Positions 1-8,546 of a stretch of DNA of 64,000 bases are shown here, piece after piece (position 1 is the stretch's first letter; every line of letters begins with the position of its first letter). Under the pieces are notes generated by a model. The model did no database searches, was not told the DNA's origin, and was given only the letters and a program-made list of their open reading frames with translations. This DNA comes from Flavobacteriales bacterium (GTDB lineage Bacteria > Bacteroidota > Bacteroidia > Palsa-965). The stretch lies in the NCBI GenBank assembly GCA_040377305.1, contig JBEIPA010000004.1, forward strand, positions 96,001-160,000, in the 5' to 3' direction. Made by a program: the position numbers and the translations under genes.

Positions 1-277
1 CAACGAGGAATGTTATTGCGCGGATGACGGATAAACGCCGCAGGTCGTGGAGACAGGGTGGACGCTGAAGCATGAAGCGCGCCGCCATGCCGACACGTTC
101 TGCGTACCATTCTGCATTGGAAGCCAAGGCATGCACGCGAACCGCGCGATCTCTTCGTGCATGCACGAGGTGATCAAGAGGCGAGCAGACATGCAGCACC
201 CGCACACGTGCATCAAGATCAGCGCTCGCCCGGCTTGCCGGAGAATGCTGAGGGAAGATGGCGTGTGCCTATAAAAC

Positions 278-312
278 AAAAAACCCCGTTGTCGAATAAC
301 AACATGGGTTTT
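278..312 (-). terminator. Probable intrinsic terminator after the 72-aa ORF
   Basis: Imperfect hairpin AAAACCCCGTTGT...ACAACATGGGTTTT with A/T tracts on both sides. Confidence 0.5.
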
Positions 313-319
313 GCGATTC

Positions 320-538
320 TCACCGCGGTTTTTTCTGCACTGACATGTAATGCTCATACGGCGATTTCATGCTTTTGGCAATTTTATCAATTGTCCTTCT
401 GTGCTTCTCGCTCATTGCCTCAAATTCCTCATCTGAAGCATTGAGCACTTTGAGTCCTTCGGCTTTTAGCTGTGATTCAGTTTTTCCGAGACGTCTTAAT
501 ACTTCCTTTCGAGAAAGTTTTTTTTCTTGCTTTTTCAT
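320..538 (-). CDS. Small basic/charged hypothetical protein (72 aa)
   Basis: ATG ORF downstream of the sigma gene, flanked by terminator-like hairpins. No family recognised. Confidence 0.55.
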   Translation of the reverse strand: MKKQEKKLSRKEVLRRLGKTESQLKAEGLKVLNASDEEFEAMSEKHRRTIDKIAKSMKSPYEHYMSVQKKPR

Positions 539-550
539 AGGGTGCTAATT

Positions 551-589
551 AAAAAGCCATTACCATCCCGACATTGGGATGATAATGGC
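551..589 (-). terminator. Intrinsic terminator after the sigma factor gene
   Basis: Stem GCCATTACCATCCC/GGGATGATAATGGC followed by TTTTT on the minus strand. Confidence 0.7.
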
Positions 590-606
590 CTGTTCTATTC
601 GCTACA

Positions 607-1302
607 CTAGCATGCCTTGCTTCTGTTGTCAATGGATTCAAAAAGCTGCCAATTTACTTTCTGACCCAATGCTTTTTCAATCGCTCTTTTCGCACGCATC
701 CAATATGTTTTGATGGAGCTTTCCTTGATGCCATATGTGGTGGCAATCCTTTCCCGCTCCTCTCTCGGCATATCTGCTGGCGCGAATTTCAACTTCGTGA
801 GCATGATATCCTCCTGCACTTTAGAAAGAGATTTCAGGGCAGCTTTAATCTTCCTGATTTCCTTCTTCTTCGCTTCTGCTCGCCAATCGGGACGCACAGG
901 TCCGATTGATTCTTTTTGAACAACAATTGCCAAAGTGCTAATCATCCGGTTAGACAGCGGAACGACCTTTACATCAAATAGTTTGTTGTCCTTCTTTCTC
1001 AAGAGTTCCAGAAGTTCATTGTTCACGATTCTGTATATCCAAGCCATGATGTCACCCTTCTTTGGATCGAATTGGGAAGCACGTTTCAAGATTTTCAGGA
1101 ATGCATCCTGACAAACCTCTTCGCTGTCCGCCTCTACACCCGAACGGGAAAAACTTCGCACTCGACCGATACAGATATCCAAAATTCGCTCTCTGAACAA
1201 TTTATCAAACTTATTTGCTGCGATCTTAAATTCAGTCGTGTGATCAGCAGTATTCGCGATTGTTGCGAGCAGTTTTGCTGCTATTTTATTTCTCTTTTGC
1301 AT
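607..1302 (-). CDS. ECF-type sigma-70 family RNA polymerase sigma factor
   Basis: Region 2 motif SEEVCQDAFLKILKRASQFDPKKGDIMAWIYRIVNN and region 4 HTH IATTYGIKESSIKTYWMRAKR. Confidence 0.85.
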   Translation of the reverse strand: MQKRNKIAAKLLATIANTADHTTEFKIAANKFDKLFRERILDICIGRVRSFSRSGVEADSEEVCQDAFLKILKRASQFDPKKGDIMAWIYRIVNNELLELLRKKDNKLFDVKVVPLSNRMISTLAIVVQKESIGPVRPDWRAEAKKKEIRKIKAALKSLSKVQEDIMLTKLKFAPADMPREERERIATTYGIKESSIKTYWMRAKRAIEKALGQKVNWQLFESIDNRSKAC

Positions 1303-1580
1303 AATTTTCTCGTTGAGTAACTCTCGATGACATTTTGCAATTACACCTGGACATCGAATTCCAGTTGCAAAAGAGAACCAATCCGTCTCCTTATGAGAAG
1401 CTAACGAAGGTTATGCGAACCTTTCAAAGTTTGAAGTTGATGAAGACGCAAAATATTAGTGACGTGTCATTTATCGGGATGACATTTCCCCGTCAATCAG
1501 GACCTGACTAATAGACCTGCTTAAACTGATATATGCAAAGGGGTAACAGGCAGTGTTACTTTTTCAAGTAGTACGTCAAA

Positions 1581-1967
1581 ATGCCCAGCATGTCTTCAGA
1601 AAAAATCCATACTATCTATGTCAAAGATCTTGCGCACCTTCTCGGGGTAACCGACCTGCGCACCGCGAAGCGCTGGTGTAGGCTAAACAGCGTTGCTATC
1701 CTCACGGATCGCGGCCGCCGCGTGTCATATGTCGTGCGTTCCGAGTATGAAGCCGCACGACTTAGTGCATTTATCAAGTTGTTAAAGAACCGGCATGGTA
1801 AAGACTGGTTCATTGCATTTCACGCGCACGTTGATTTCAACATTGAATTATTATCGACCATGCATGCAACGAACGGGAAAAAACAATCTGGAAGAAGTTT
1901 TGAGTCATTAGATAATACGGGAAAACATGAGCAAAGGTTTCTTGAGTCTCTTACCAGTTTAAAATAA
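1581..1967 (+). CDS. Putative excisionase-like HTH DNA-binding protein
   Basis: N-terminal HTH-like segment YVKDLAHLLGVTDLRTAKRWC; ends 7 bp upstream of the integrase. Confidence 0.55.
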   Translation: MPSMSSEKIHTIYVKDLAHLLGVTDLRTAKRWCRLNSVAILTDRGRRVSYVVRSEYEAARLSAFIKLLKNRHGKDWFIAFHAHVDFNIELLSTMHATNGKKQSGRSFESLDNTGKHEQRFLESLTSLK

Positions 1968-1974
1968 CCCGTAG

Positions 1975-3381
1975 ATGACAAAACCTATCTACATACCACC
2001 CGATTCAAAACGGGTCTCTGGCCTCCATATTCAGTGCCGGTCCTGTAACGCCCTCGCCGATCTCGGCATCTGCAACAAGACGAAAAAAGCAATCAATAGC
2101 AACTGTCCCGGAAGAAATACAATGTGCTACAAAGCGGTCGTGCACGTGCCGGGCACCAAAAACGGACGGAAGACGAAAATTTTGAAAGCCGTTCAGTATG
2201 AAGAGGCCATCGCTGAATTTCTCGAATTCAAAAACTCTTTCAAGGAATCAACGTTGGAGAATATCCCTGCGCCCGCCCTACTTCCGAAAATTCCGCCACC
2301 AGAAAAAGAAAAGACTCCAGGACTTATTGCACTCATGGCAAAGTATGTCGGCTATCTGCATGGCGACAACATACCCAGCTTCAAAAAGAAAACGCGCAGC
2401 AAGGGTCATCTCGATGATGTTGAACGTTGCCTTAAAAGATGGGTCACGGCTTTGCACGAGAACGGCCATATTCCCAGTGCTATTCGCGCCGATGAAGTCA
2501 ACGATGATCTCATCTCCGAGTTGCACGATTACCTCATTGACGATCTGGAAATAGGGAATAGCGGATACAATCGCAGCCTTACCATCCTCACTTCGTTCTA
2601 TCGCTATCTCATCAACGAAGGATACTGCACTAAAAATCCCTTTCTCGACATACCAAGAAAAGCAGTTAAGGAAAGCGTCGAAACAATAGAGCAAGATCAA
2701 TTCGAGCGCTTGCTCGAAATTCTGAAGAAGCCCGAACTTGGTCTGCGGCCACTACCCAATGGCGTGCGCAAGAACTTCTACAAAAGCTGGATGCCGAGCG
2801 CCGTATCTCTGGCTCTCTATAGCGGACGGCGTCGCACCGAATGCGTACTCATGAAGTGGAAAGATGCTGTTTATAACGACGGCATTTTGCAACACGTGAT
2901 CGTACCTGATTACAAAGTCAACCGTGCGAAAAATCTGCCTCCTGAAAACTGGATCTACCGGTATGTTCCTGGCACTGCTGAATTGCATAACCTCTTAGAA
3001 GAATTGGGAAAGGAAAGTCGTAACCCCGATGATTACATACTTGCTCCCGATGAGGTTATGTCCCGCGCATCAATGGCTAGTCTCATGTCTAAATCATTCG
3101 CTCACTATTTTTCCCAACTCGGATACCAGAAGCAATTATCCTTCGGCTGTCTGCGCCGTACCAATTTCAGTTCACTTTCAAGCGCAATCGGCATGGAGAA
3201 CGCGCGAACGATCAGCGGGCATGCAGACAACAAAACACTCAAGAAATTCTATGTCTCGCAGAAGGTCCTTGCTCGAGCGGCCAAACAACATGGTGTCTTT
3301 GACGAGAGAAAAAAAGACGAACAGCAGCGCGCTACTGATGACATTTTGAAGCCAGATTCTGATCACAGCATCGACCGCTGA
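1975..3381 (+). CDS. Tyrosine recombinase/integrase
   Basis: SAM-like core (LTSFYRYL...NPF); catalytic R (SGRRRTE), LRRT, SGH and Tyr (KKFY); adjacent to a tRNA. Confidence 0.9.
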   Translation: MTKPIYIPPDSKRVSGLHIQCRSCNALADLGICNKTKKAINSNCPGRNTMCYKAVVHVPGTKNGRKTKILKAVQYEEAIAEFLEFKNSFKESTLENIPAPALLPKIPPPEKEKTPGLIALMAKYVGYLHGDNIPSFKKKTRSKGHLDDVERCLKRWVTALHENGHIPSAIRADEVNDDLISELHDYLIDDLEIGNSGYNRSLTILTSFYRYLINEGYCTKNPFLDIPRKAVKESVETIEQDQFERLLEILKKPELGLRPLPNGVRKNFYKSWMPSAVSLALYSGRRRTECVLMKWKDAVYNDGILQHVIVPDYKVNRAKNLPPENWIYRYVPGTAELHNLLEELGKESRNPDDYILAPDEVMSRASMASLMSKSFAHYFSQLGYQKQLSFGCLRRTNFSSLSSAIGMENARTISGHADNKTLKKFYVSQKVLARAAKQHGVFDERKKDEQQRATDDILKPDSDHSIDR

Positions 3382-3444
3382 ATAGTTGTTTTATCAGAAG
3401 TTCCGCGCTGAAATTCTTGCTATCACAAATCCGTCCGCGCTGAA
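3376..3444 (+). repeat. Three CGCTGAA direct repeats (two extend to TCCGCGCTGAA), candidate integrase arm-type sites
   Basis: Copies at 3376, 3406 and 3438 (30 and 32 bp spacing) between the integrase stop and the tRNA 3' end. Confidence 0.5.
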
Positions 3445-3462
3445 CGATTCATTGAAAAACAG

Positions 3463-3495
3463 AAAAGCCTCATTCTTTTCAGAACAAGGCTTTTT
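3463..3495. terminator. Bidirectional terminator between integrase and tRNA
   Basis: AAAAGCCT...AGGCTTTT hairpin. Confidence 0.65.
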
Positions 3496-3500
3496 ATCCG

Positions 3501-3574
3501 CTCCCCCTTCTGGACTTGAACCAGAGACCCCATGATTAACAGTCATGTGCTCTAACCAGCTGAGCTAAGGAGGA
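3501..3574 (-). tRNA. tRNA-Asn (GTT); CCA not encoded
   Basis: Reverse complement TCCTCCTTAGCTCAGCTGGTTAGAGCACATGACTGTTAATCATGGGGTCTCTGGTTCAAGTCCAGAAGGGGGAG folds as a cloverleaf with anticodon GTT. Confidence 0.97.
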
Positions 3575-3740
3575 TCATGCGTCCGTTTTAAAGTGTAATT
3601 CCTTAAAACGGGCTGCAATATTACCATTCCGGACGGGATTTTGCAACTGAAACCGTGTTTTTTCGATGTTTTTTCGTCCGATTTGACCTAAAAACGTCTC
3701 CTTGGTGCTTCGTGGCGCCTTCTCATAACTCGAAGCGATA

Positions 3741-3775
3741 AACTGAGAACAGAGAACCGGGAACTTAGAACTGAG
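3741..3775 (+). repeat. Five tandem degenerate 7-mers (AACnnnG)
   Basis: AACTGAG AACAGAG AACCGGG AACTTAG AACTGAG. Confidence 0.75.
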
Positions 3776-3778
3776 GAG

Positions 3779-3786
3779 TATATTTG
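3779..3786 (+). promoter_or_regulatory. Bacteroidota housekeeping -7 promoter box for the PfkB kinase gene
   Basis: TATATTTG matches TAnnTTTG, about 25 bp before the ATG. Confidence 0.6.
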
Positions 3787-3811
3787 CCGCCGGTTAAATC
3801 AACACCTCAAA

Positions 3812-4735
3812 ATGAGCCTACTCGTAGTCGGAACAATGGCATTTGATGCCATCGAAACACCTTTCGGAAAAACAGATAAAATTATTGGCGGCGCTGCAAC
3901 CTATATTGGGTTGGCGGCCTCCTACTTCTTCAAAAACATCAACATGGTTTCTGTGGTTGGTGGCGACTTTCCGCAAGAGTCGATGGACATGCTTAAGAAG
4001 CACGGACTGAAACTCGACGGTGTTCAGATCAAACAGGATCAGAAATCTTTTTTCTGGTCGGGACGTTACCACACGGATATGAATTCACGCGATACACTTG
4101 CGACTGAACTCAACGTGTTGGCCGACTTCGATCCTATTGTTCCTGAGAACTGCAAAGAAGTTGATTTCCTCATGCTCGGAAATCTGATGCCGCAGGTGCA
4201 GCAGAAAGTAATTGCTCAATTGCGTAAACGTCCGAAACTGATTGTGCTCGACACCATGAATTTCTGGATGGACACTGCGCACGATGAACTCGTGAAAACA
4301 ATTTCGCAAGTTGATGTACTCACGATCAACGATGGTGAAGCGCGTCAGTTGTCCGGCGAATATTCACTCGTGAAAGCAGCGCAGAAAATTTTGGCGATGG
4401 GACCAAAAGTTCTCATCATCAAAAAAGGTGAGCATGGTGCATTGCTGTTCAACAAAGAGCAAGTGTTCTTCGCTCCTGCTCTTCCACTGGAAGATGTGTT
4501 CGACCCAACAGGTGCTGGCGACAGTTTCGCTGGTGGATTCATTGGCTACCTCGCAGAAACAAAAGATATTTCTTTCGATAACATGAAGCGTGCAATCATT
4601 TTCGGATCTGCGATGGCTTCGTTTACTGTTGAGAAATTCGGCGTTGAACGTCTTGTAGGATTAACACAAGACCAGGTTGACGAACGTGTACAGGAGTTTA
4701 TTGATCTTGTTCAGTTCGATATTTCATTGGTGTAA
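3812..4735 (+). CDS. PfkB/ribokinase family carbohydrate or nucleoside kinase
   Basis: N-terminal GGAATY motif and C-terminal DPTGAGDSF PfkB signature. Confidence 0.93.
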   Translation: MSLLVVGTMAFDAIETPFGKTDKIIGGAATYIGLAASYFFKNINMVSVVGGDFPQESMDMLKKHGLKLDGVQIKQDQKSFFWSGRYHTDMNSRDTLATELNVLADFDPIVPENCKEVDFLMLGNLMPQVQQKVIAQLRKRPKLIVLDTMNFWMDTAHDELVKTISQVDVLTINDGEARQLSGEYSLVKAAQKILAMGPKVLIIKKGEHGALLFNKEQVFFAPALPLEDVFDPTGAGDSFAGGFIGYLAETKDISFDNMKRAIIFGSAMASFTVEKFGVERLVGLTQDQVDERVQEFIDLVQFDISLV

Positions 4736-4869
4736 AAACAAGCTTGTACTGCATGTTATCCTGAGTACTTCGACTTCGTGCAATACGAACGCCGAAAGGT
4801 GATGCTTTTCGATATTTTGTTAGTATTGGCATGATTAGCTAACTTCATCCTTAGATCAAAATCTCCATT

Positions 4870-5853
4870 ATGAAAACGTTCCGCCCAAACTGGATAATTA
4901 CGGTTGCGATAACATTGTTGGCTGCGCTTCCGCTGACTGCGCAATTTCAACTTTCCGAAGTGGAATACCTCGACAAGGTGAAGAACGGAACTACCTACAT
5001 TGCGATGCGCGATACAGGCTCGATAAAGTCCAGAGAATACAAAGACATTTTCATTAAGTACTGGACGTACACCAAATTCAAGTTCATTAATTACAGCGAT
5101 ATCAGCGACTACCTTGCTGAAGGAAATTCCTTCTTGTCAATTGGTGGATACGAAACAACAACGCAGATGTCAACTTTGTACAGTAATGGAACCAGCAAAG
5201 AAGGAATCAACTATAGCATCACACATATCTATCTTGAGTTCTGGACTCCCAGCGATAAATATTTGAATAGAAAAAAGAAGAGCGATCCGTTTGAGAGTTC
5301 AGATAAAGCCCTGATTGGCCGTATAGATCTCTTCACCGACTTTCCTACACTGAACAGTCCGAAAAATATTTACAAGGAAGATTATGATTGCGGAGGACAC
5401 GTCAGAAACTGGGGCGTTGGGTACCTGAAAAATTACCTGCAGGTATTCACTACACTGCTCAAGGCAGGTGTTGAACGCAAGCTTTATGACGCATCTTCTG
5501 ATCCTGTGAAATTGAAGACGCTGAAAACTCAAACTTTATACGTACCGGATTACGTGCTAACGAAGTTCAACAAATTCACGGGCGATGAAAGTGATAGACA
5601 CACTGAAAGTGAGATCTTCGAAGACTACGCATACAAGCATGAAATGGTGACCAATGAAAAGCTCAACCAGATGATCATGACGTCTGACGAAAAGCCGTTC
5701 TATTACCTGATCTATGTGAAGAGTTCTACGGATAAGTTCATAACGGTTATGAACTCTGCAACCGGTGAGTTTATTTATACCGACTACACCCCCGCGTCTT
5801 ACAATATCAGCAGCAAGGATTTGAAGAAATTGTCCGGCGCAATCGCAAAATAA
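4870..5853 (+). CDS. Exported hypothetical protein
   Basis: 327-aa ORF with Sec signal ending LTA-Q. Confidence 0.8.
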   Translation: MKTFRPNWIITVAITLLAALPLTAQFQLSEVEYLDKVKNGTTYIAMRDTGSIKSREYKDIFIKYWTYTKFKFINYSDISDYLAEGNSFLSIGGYETTTQMSTLYSNGTSKEGINYSITHIYLEFWTPSDKYLNRKKKSDPFESSDKALIGRIDLFTDFPTLNSPKNIYKEDYDCGGHVRNWGVGYLKNYLQVFTTLLKAGVERKLYDASSDPVKLKTLKTQTLYVPDYVLTKFNKFTGDESDRHTESEIFEDYAYKHEMVTNEKLNQMIMTSDEKPFYYLIYVKSSTDKFITVMNSATGEFIYTDYTPASYNISSKDLKKLSGAIAK

Positions 5854-5913
5854 GAAGCAGTCGCAAAATAATTCCGCCGTTCCACTCCGAAAGAGTCGCT
5901 CGGGAAGAGCAGA

Positions 5914-6321
5914 CTATTTCCGCTTAAACGAATATTCGATTACGCGCACTGCAGCCAGTGAAGTATCACTCACCGTTTCAGTAACAACAAGTTTCTTGCG
6001 TGTGAGTTCCTGAATGGTTGTTCCCATCAAGGTTAACGGATCCCCCGGATCGCCGGTCCAGGAAACACCGAATCCAGCCGGAGTAATCTCCAACGAATTG
6101 ATCGATTGATTACCCAATTCTTCATCGTCCCACAGATATAGTTCTCCTGAATTCGGCACGACCGAATCGCGCGACGGTTCGTTGTTGACGTAGAAAATAT
6201 ATTTCACTTCGGTTGCTTCCCACACACCGCCAAGTCGCTTTTCGTTGAGCCTTTCCTTGTTACATGCGAATAGAAAAATCGCAATCAACACCGGCACAAT
6301 TGTTCTTCTGATTGTCTGCAT
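5914..6321 (-). CDS. Lipoprotein (possibly lipocalin-like)
   Basis: Start reassigned to MQTIRR; lipobox LFAC followed by LGGVWEAT. Confidence 0.7.
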   Translation of the reverse strand: MQTIRRTIVPVLIAIFLFACNKERLNEKRLGGVWEATEVKYIFYVNNEPSRDSVVPNSGELYLWDDEELGNQSINSLEITPAGFGVSWTGDPGDPLTLMGTTIQELTRKKLVVTETVSDTSLAAVRVIEYSFKRK

Positions 6322-6322
6322 A

Positions 6323-7012
6323 CTAATCATAATGTTTACCGAGTCGGAATGTGATACCTGCTGATAATGTAACGCCAATGAAATCCAGTGTTGCCTTCTC
6401 TGCGTTGTAAGAGAAATTCGGCGACAGTTCCGGATGATTTTTCAGGTAGAACGCCTGGCACATGAGATCAAACCAAATCACATCCGTCATTCTGCGCAAA
6501 TAATTTATGCGTGCTGTGCCTCCCAGATTTACCCAACTCATCATGCCCGATACGCCCACAAAAGCGTCCTTCGTCCCATCCGGATACTGCGCGTAACTGT
6601 ATGCCCCACTTTGCGAATGCAGCAATCCAATTTCAATGGTGTACTCCGAATTCTCCGAGTAACCGAAGTACCCAATGTTTGCCACAGTGAAATTATAATC
6701 GTACTTAATAATTCGTTTCGTTCCATTGGTAAATTTCGCAGTGGTTTGCGCTTCCAGATGTGTACGTCCAATGGAAGCCGAAAGGTGCAACACGCGGTAA
6801 CCAGCGTTCATCGAATAGCCATACCCGAACATAGGCATGCCGAGTTTCTTATCCAATGTCCCGGCATTCGCAGCATTGTACTCACGCCGGTAGCCGGAAA
6901 AGAATCCGGGGGCATTCACCGAACCCGTGCCCTGAAAGGAAATAACGAACTGTGCGTTCACTTCACCGACGAGCAACAGCACAAAGAAGAGAATGAATGT
7001 GATCTGTCTCAT
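6323..7012 (-). CDS. Putative outer-membrane beta-barrel protein
   Basis: Signal peptide, alternating beta-strand pattern, C-terminal LSAGITFRL. Confidence 0.65.
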   Translation of the reverse strand: MRQITFILFFVLLLVGEVNAQFVISFQGTGSVNAPGFFSGYRREYNAANAGTLDKKLGMPMFGYGYSMNAGYRVLHLSASIGRTHLEAQTTAKFTNGTKRIIKYDYNFTVANIGYFGYSENSEYTIEIGLLHSQSGAYSYAQYPDGTKDAFVGVSGMMSWVNLGGTARINYLRRMTDVIWFDLMCQAFYLKNHPELSPNFSYNAEKATLDFIGVTLSAGITFRLGKHYD

Positions 7013-7017
7013 GTGCG

Positions 7018-7794
7018 TTAGTTAAAATGTAAAAGCAAAGACACCATCGTGTTCGTTATCGGAAATCTTTTCTCCGACCAGGGTATGTTCGTGTATTTCC
7101 CTGTTGATGACAACATGCTTCCATCGAGGACAGGACGTGTGTGCACCAGACGGAGCGTGAAAATGGAAAAATCATACGACGCAGAAAACGAATACCCGGC
7201 GATTGGAGTTTTCGGCTGGGGACCATCCTTTATTACACCCATCACATAAAACCACGGCTCCCATTTCGACATCTCTCCGCCAGCATTGCTGTACTTAATC
7301 TTGGTGCGAAGGAATCCGAGATCCGCACCAACACCAATTTTCAAACGACCTCCGGTTGGACGATAGCCTAAATTGAAGAAGGCCATATTCGTACTCATCT
7401 TGACTTTCTCCTCGTACTTCACCGGAGTTCCGCCAGGAGTTGGTTCATACGTATAAGCAAACGAATTTTTTTTGAAGCGCATTGTCCAGCCAAACTCTGC
7501 TGTGACTTTGGCGTTTTCATACGGATACATTTCATAGCTGATAGTGGCACCATGAAAATTATTCATGCTTCCGTACTTCTCATTCACTTCGAGAACAGAC
7601 TGCGAAGTATCCGCAGCGATTCCGTTTCTACGTTCACAGTAAATCTCCGGTCCCGACATGTGATAGGTATACATTCCGTACCCATACCCCATTCTCAAAC
7701 CACTTCCGTCGTAGTCTTGCGCGCATAATTGAGGCAAACCATAAACAAAAAGTGCGAAGAGCACGAGAACTTTTCTGGTCTCTGAATAAATCAT
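7018..7794 (-). CDS. Putative outer-membrane beta-barrel protein
   Basis: Start reassigned to MIYSET; signal peptide ending LCA-Q; amphipathic strands; ends VSLLLHFN. Confidence 0.65.
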   Translation of the reverse strand: MIYSETRKVLVLFALFVYGLPQLCAQDYDGSGLRMGYGYGMYTYHMSGPEIYCERRNGIAADTSQSVLEVNEKYGSMNNFHGATISYEMYPYENAKVTAEFGWTMRFKKNSFAYTYEPTPGGTPVKYEEKVKMSTNMAFFNLGYRPTGGRLKIGVGADLGFLRTKIKYSNAGGEMSKWEPWFYVMGVIKDGPQPKTPIAGYSFSASYDFSIFTLRLVHTRPVLDGSMLSSTGKYTNIPWSEKRFPITNTMVSLLLHFN

Positions 7795-7898
7795 GGATGC
7801 GAAGATCGCATTTGTTCCGAAAGAATAAACCGATGCGCATCGAATTCCACTACGCAATTATTCGTATTTCCGGATGAAAGAATTCGCAGATGTGTGCC

Positions 7899-8546
7899 CT
7901 ACAAATACAACCCGTTCTTGATTGCGTACATGACAATGCCCACAGAATTTCTTGCCTTTATCTTCTCGAGAATCATTTCCCGGTGGCCTTCGATGGTACG
8001 TATGCTAAGATTCATGCGGTCGGCAATTTCCGCGTTGGTCAGCTCCTGACAGATGAGTTGGATCACCTTTGTTTCTCTTTCCGTTAAGGAGACCTTGTTG
8101 AAATTCGGTTTCACTTTTTCTCCGAGCACAAGTCGTTGCAACAGCGCGCGCGAAACACGATCGTCGAAATAATATCCGGTATCCATTACGGAGTGTATGG
8201 AGTCAATCAACGTTTCAATCGGATCGTTCTTCACCAGAAATCCATGTGCCCCATTTTCGATCATGTGTGCAATGATGGGTTCCTCATTGTGCATCGTGAG
8301 AATGATCACGCGTACTGCGGGATGCGTTTCTTTCAGCCAGGCCATTGTTGCCATTCCGTCCATCACAGGCATTTCAAGATCAAGCAAAACCACATCCGGT
8401 TTTTTCCGCTTCATCTTATCCTGCAGATCCTTTCCGTTGTCGGCCTCGATCACCACTTTTAGTTCAGGAAATTCGCTCAGCAGGGAAATTAATCCCTTGC
8501 GAAACATCACCTGATCGTCTGTAACTGCTATGTTGAACTTTGCCAT
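7899..8546 (-). CDS. NarL/LuxR family DNA-binding response regulator
   Basis: REC domain (TDD, LLDLEMPVMDG, LTMH, GFLVK) and LuxR HTH (LTERE...TNAEIADRMNLSIRTIEGHR). Confidence 0.95.
   Translation of the reverse strand: MAKFNIAVTDDQVMFRKGLISLLSEFPELKVVIEADNGKDLQDKMKRKKPDVVLLDLEMPVMDGMATMAWLKETHPAVRVIILTMHNEEPIIAHMIENGAHGFLVKNDPIETLIDSIHSVMDTGYYFDDRVSRALLQRLVLGEKVKPNFNKVSLTERETKVIQLICQELTNAEIADRMNLSIRTIEGHREMILEKIKARNSVGIVMYAIKNGLYL

Larger units (their letters stand above)
1..3500. mobile_element. Right end of a tRNA-Asn-targeting integrative element; left end outside the window
   Basis: Tyrosine integrase and xis-like gene lie next to the 3' end of a tRNA gene. The second att copy is not visible. 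Confidence 0.75.

Noticed and set aside
13-444. Short ORFs 13..357, 47..274 and 157..444
   Set aside because: Mutually overlapping, two cross a terminator-like hairpin, and none has a recognisable motif.
320-1302. Sigma factor as part of an RNA-guided dCas12f/TnpB-sigma system
   Set aside because: No TnpB/Cas12f-like ORF in the window, and the sigma gene is followed by a terminator. The left flank is not visible.
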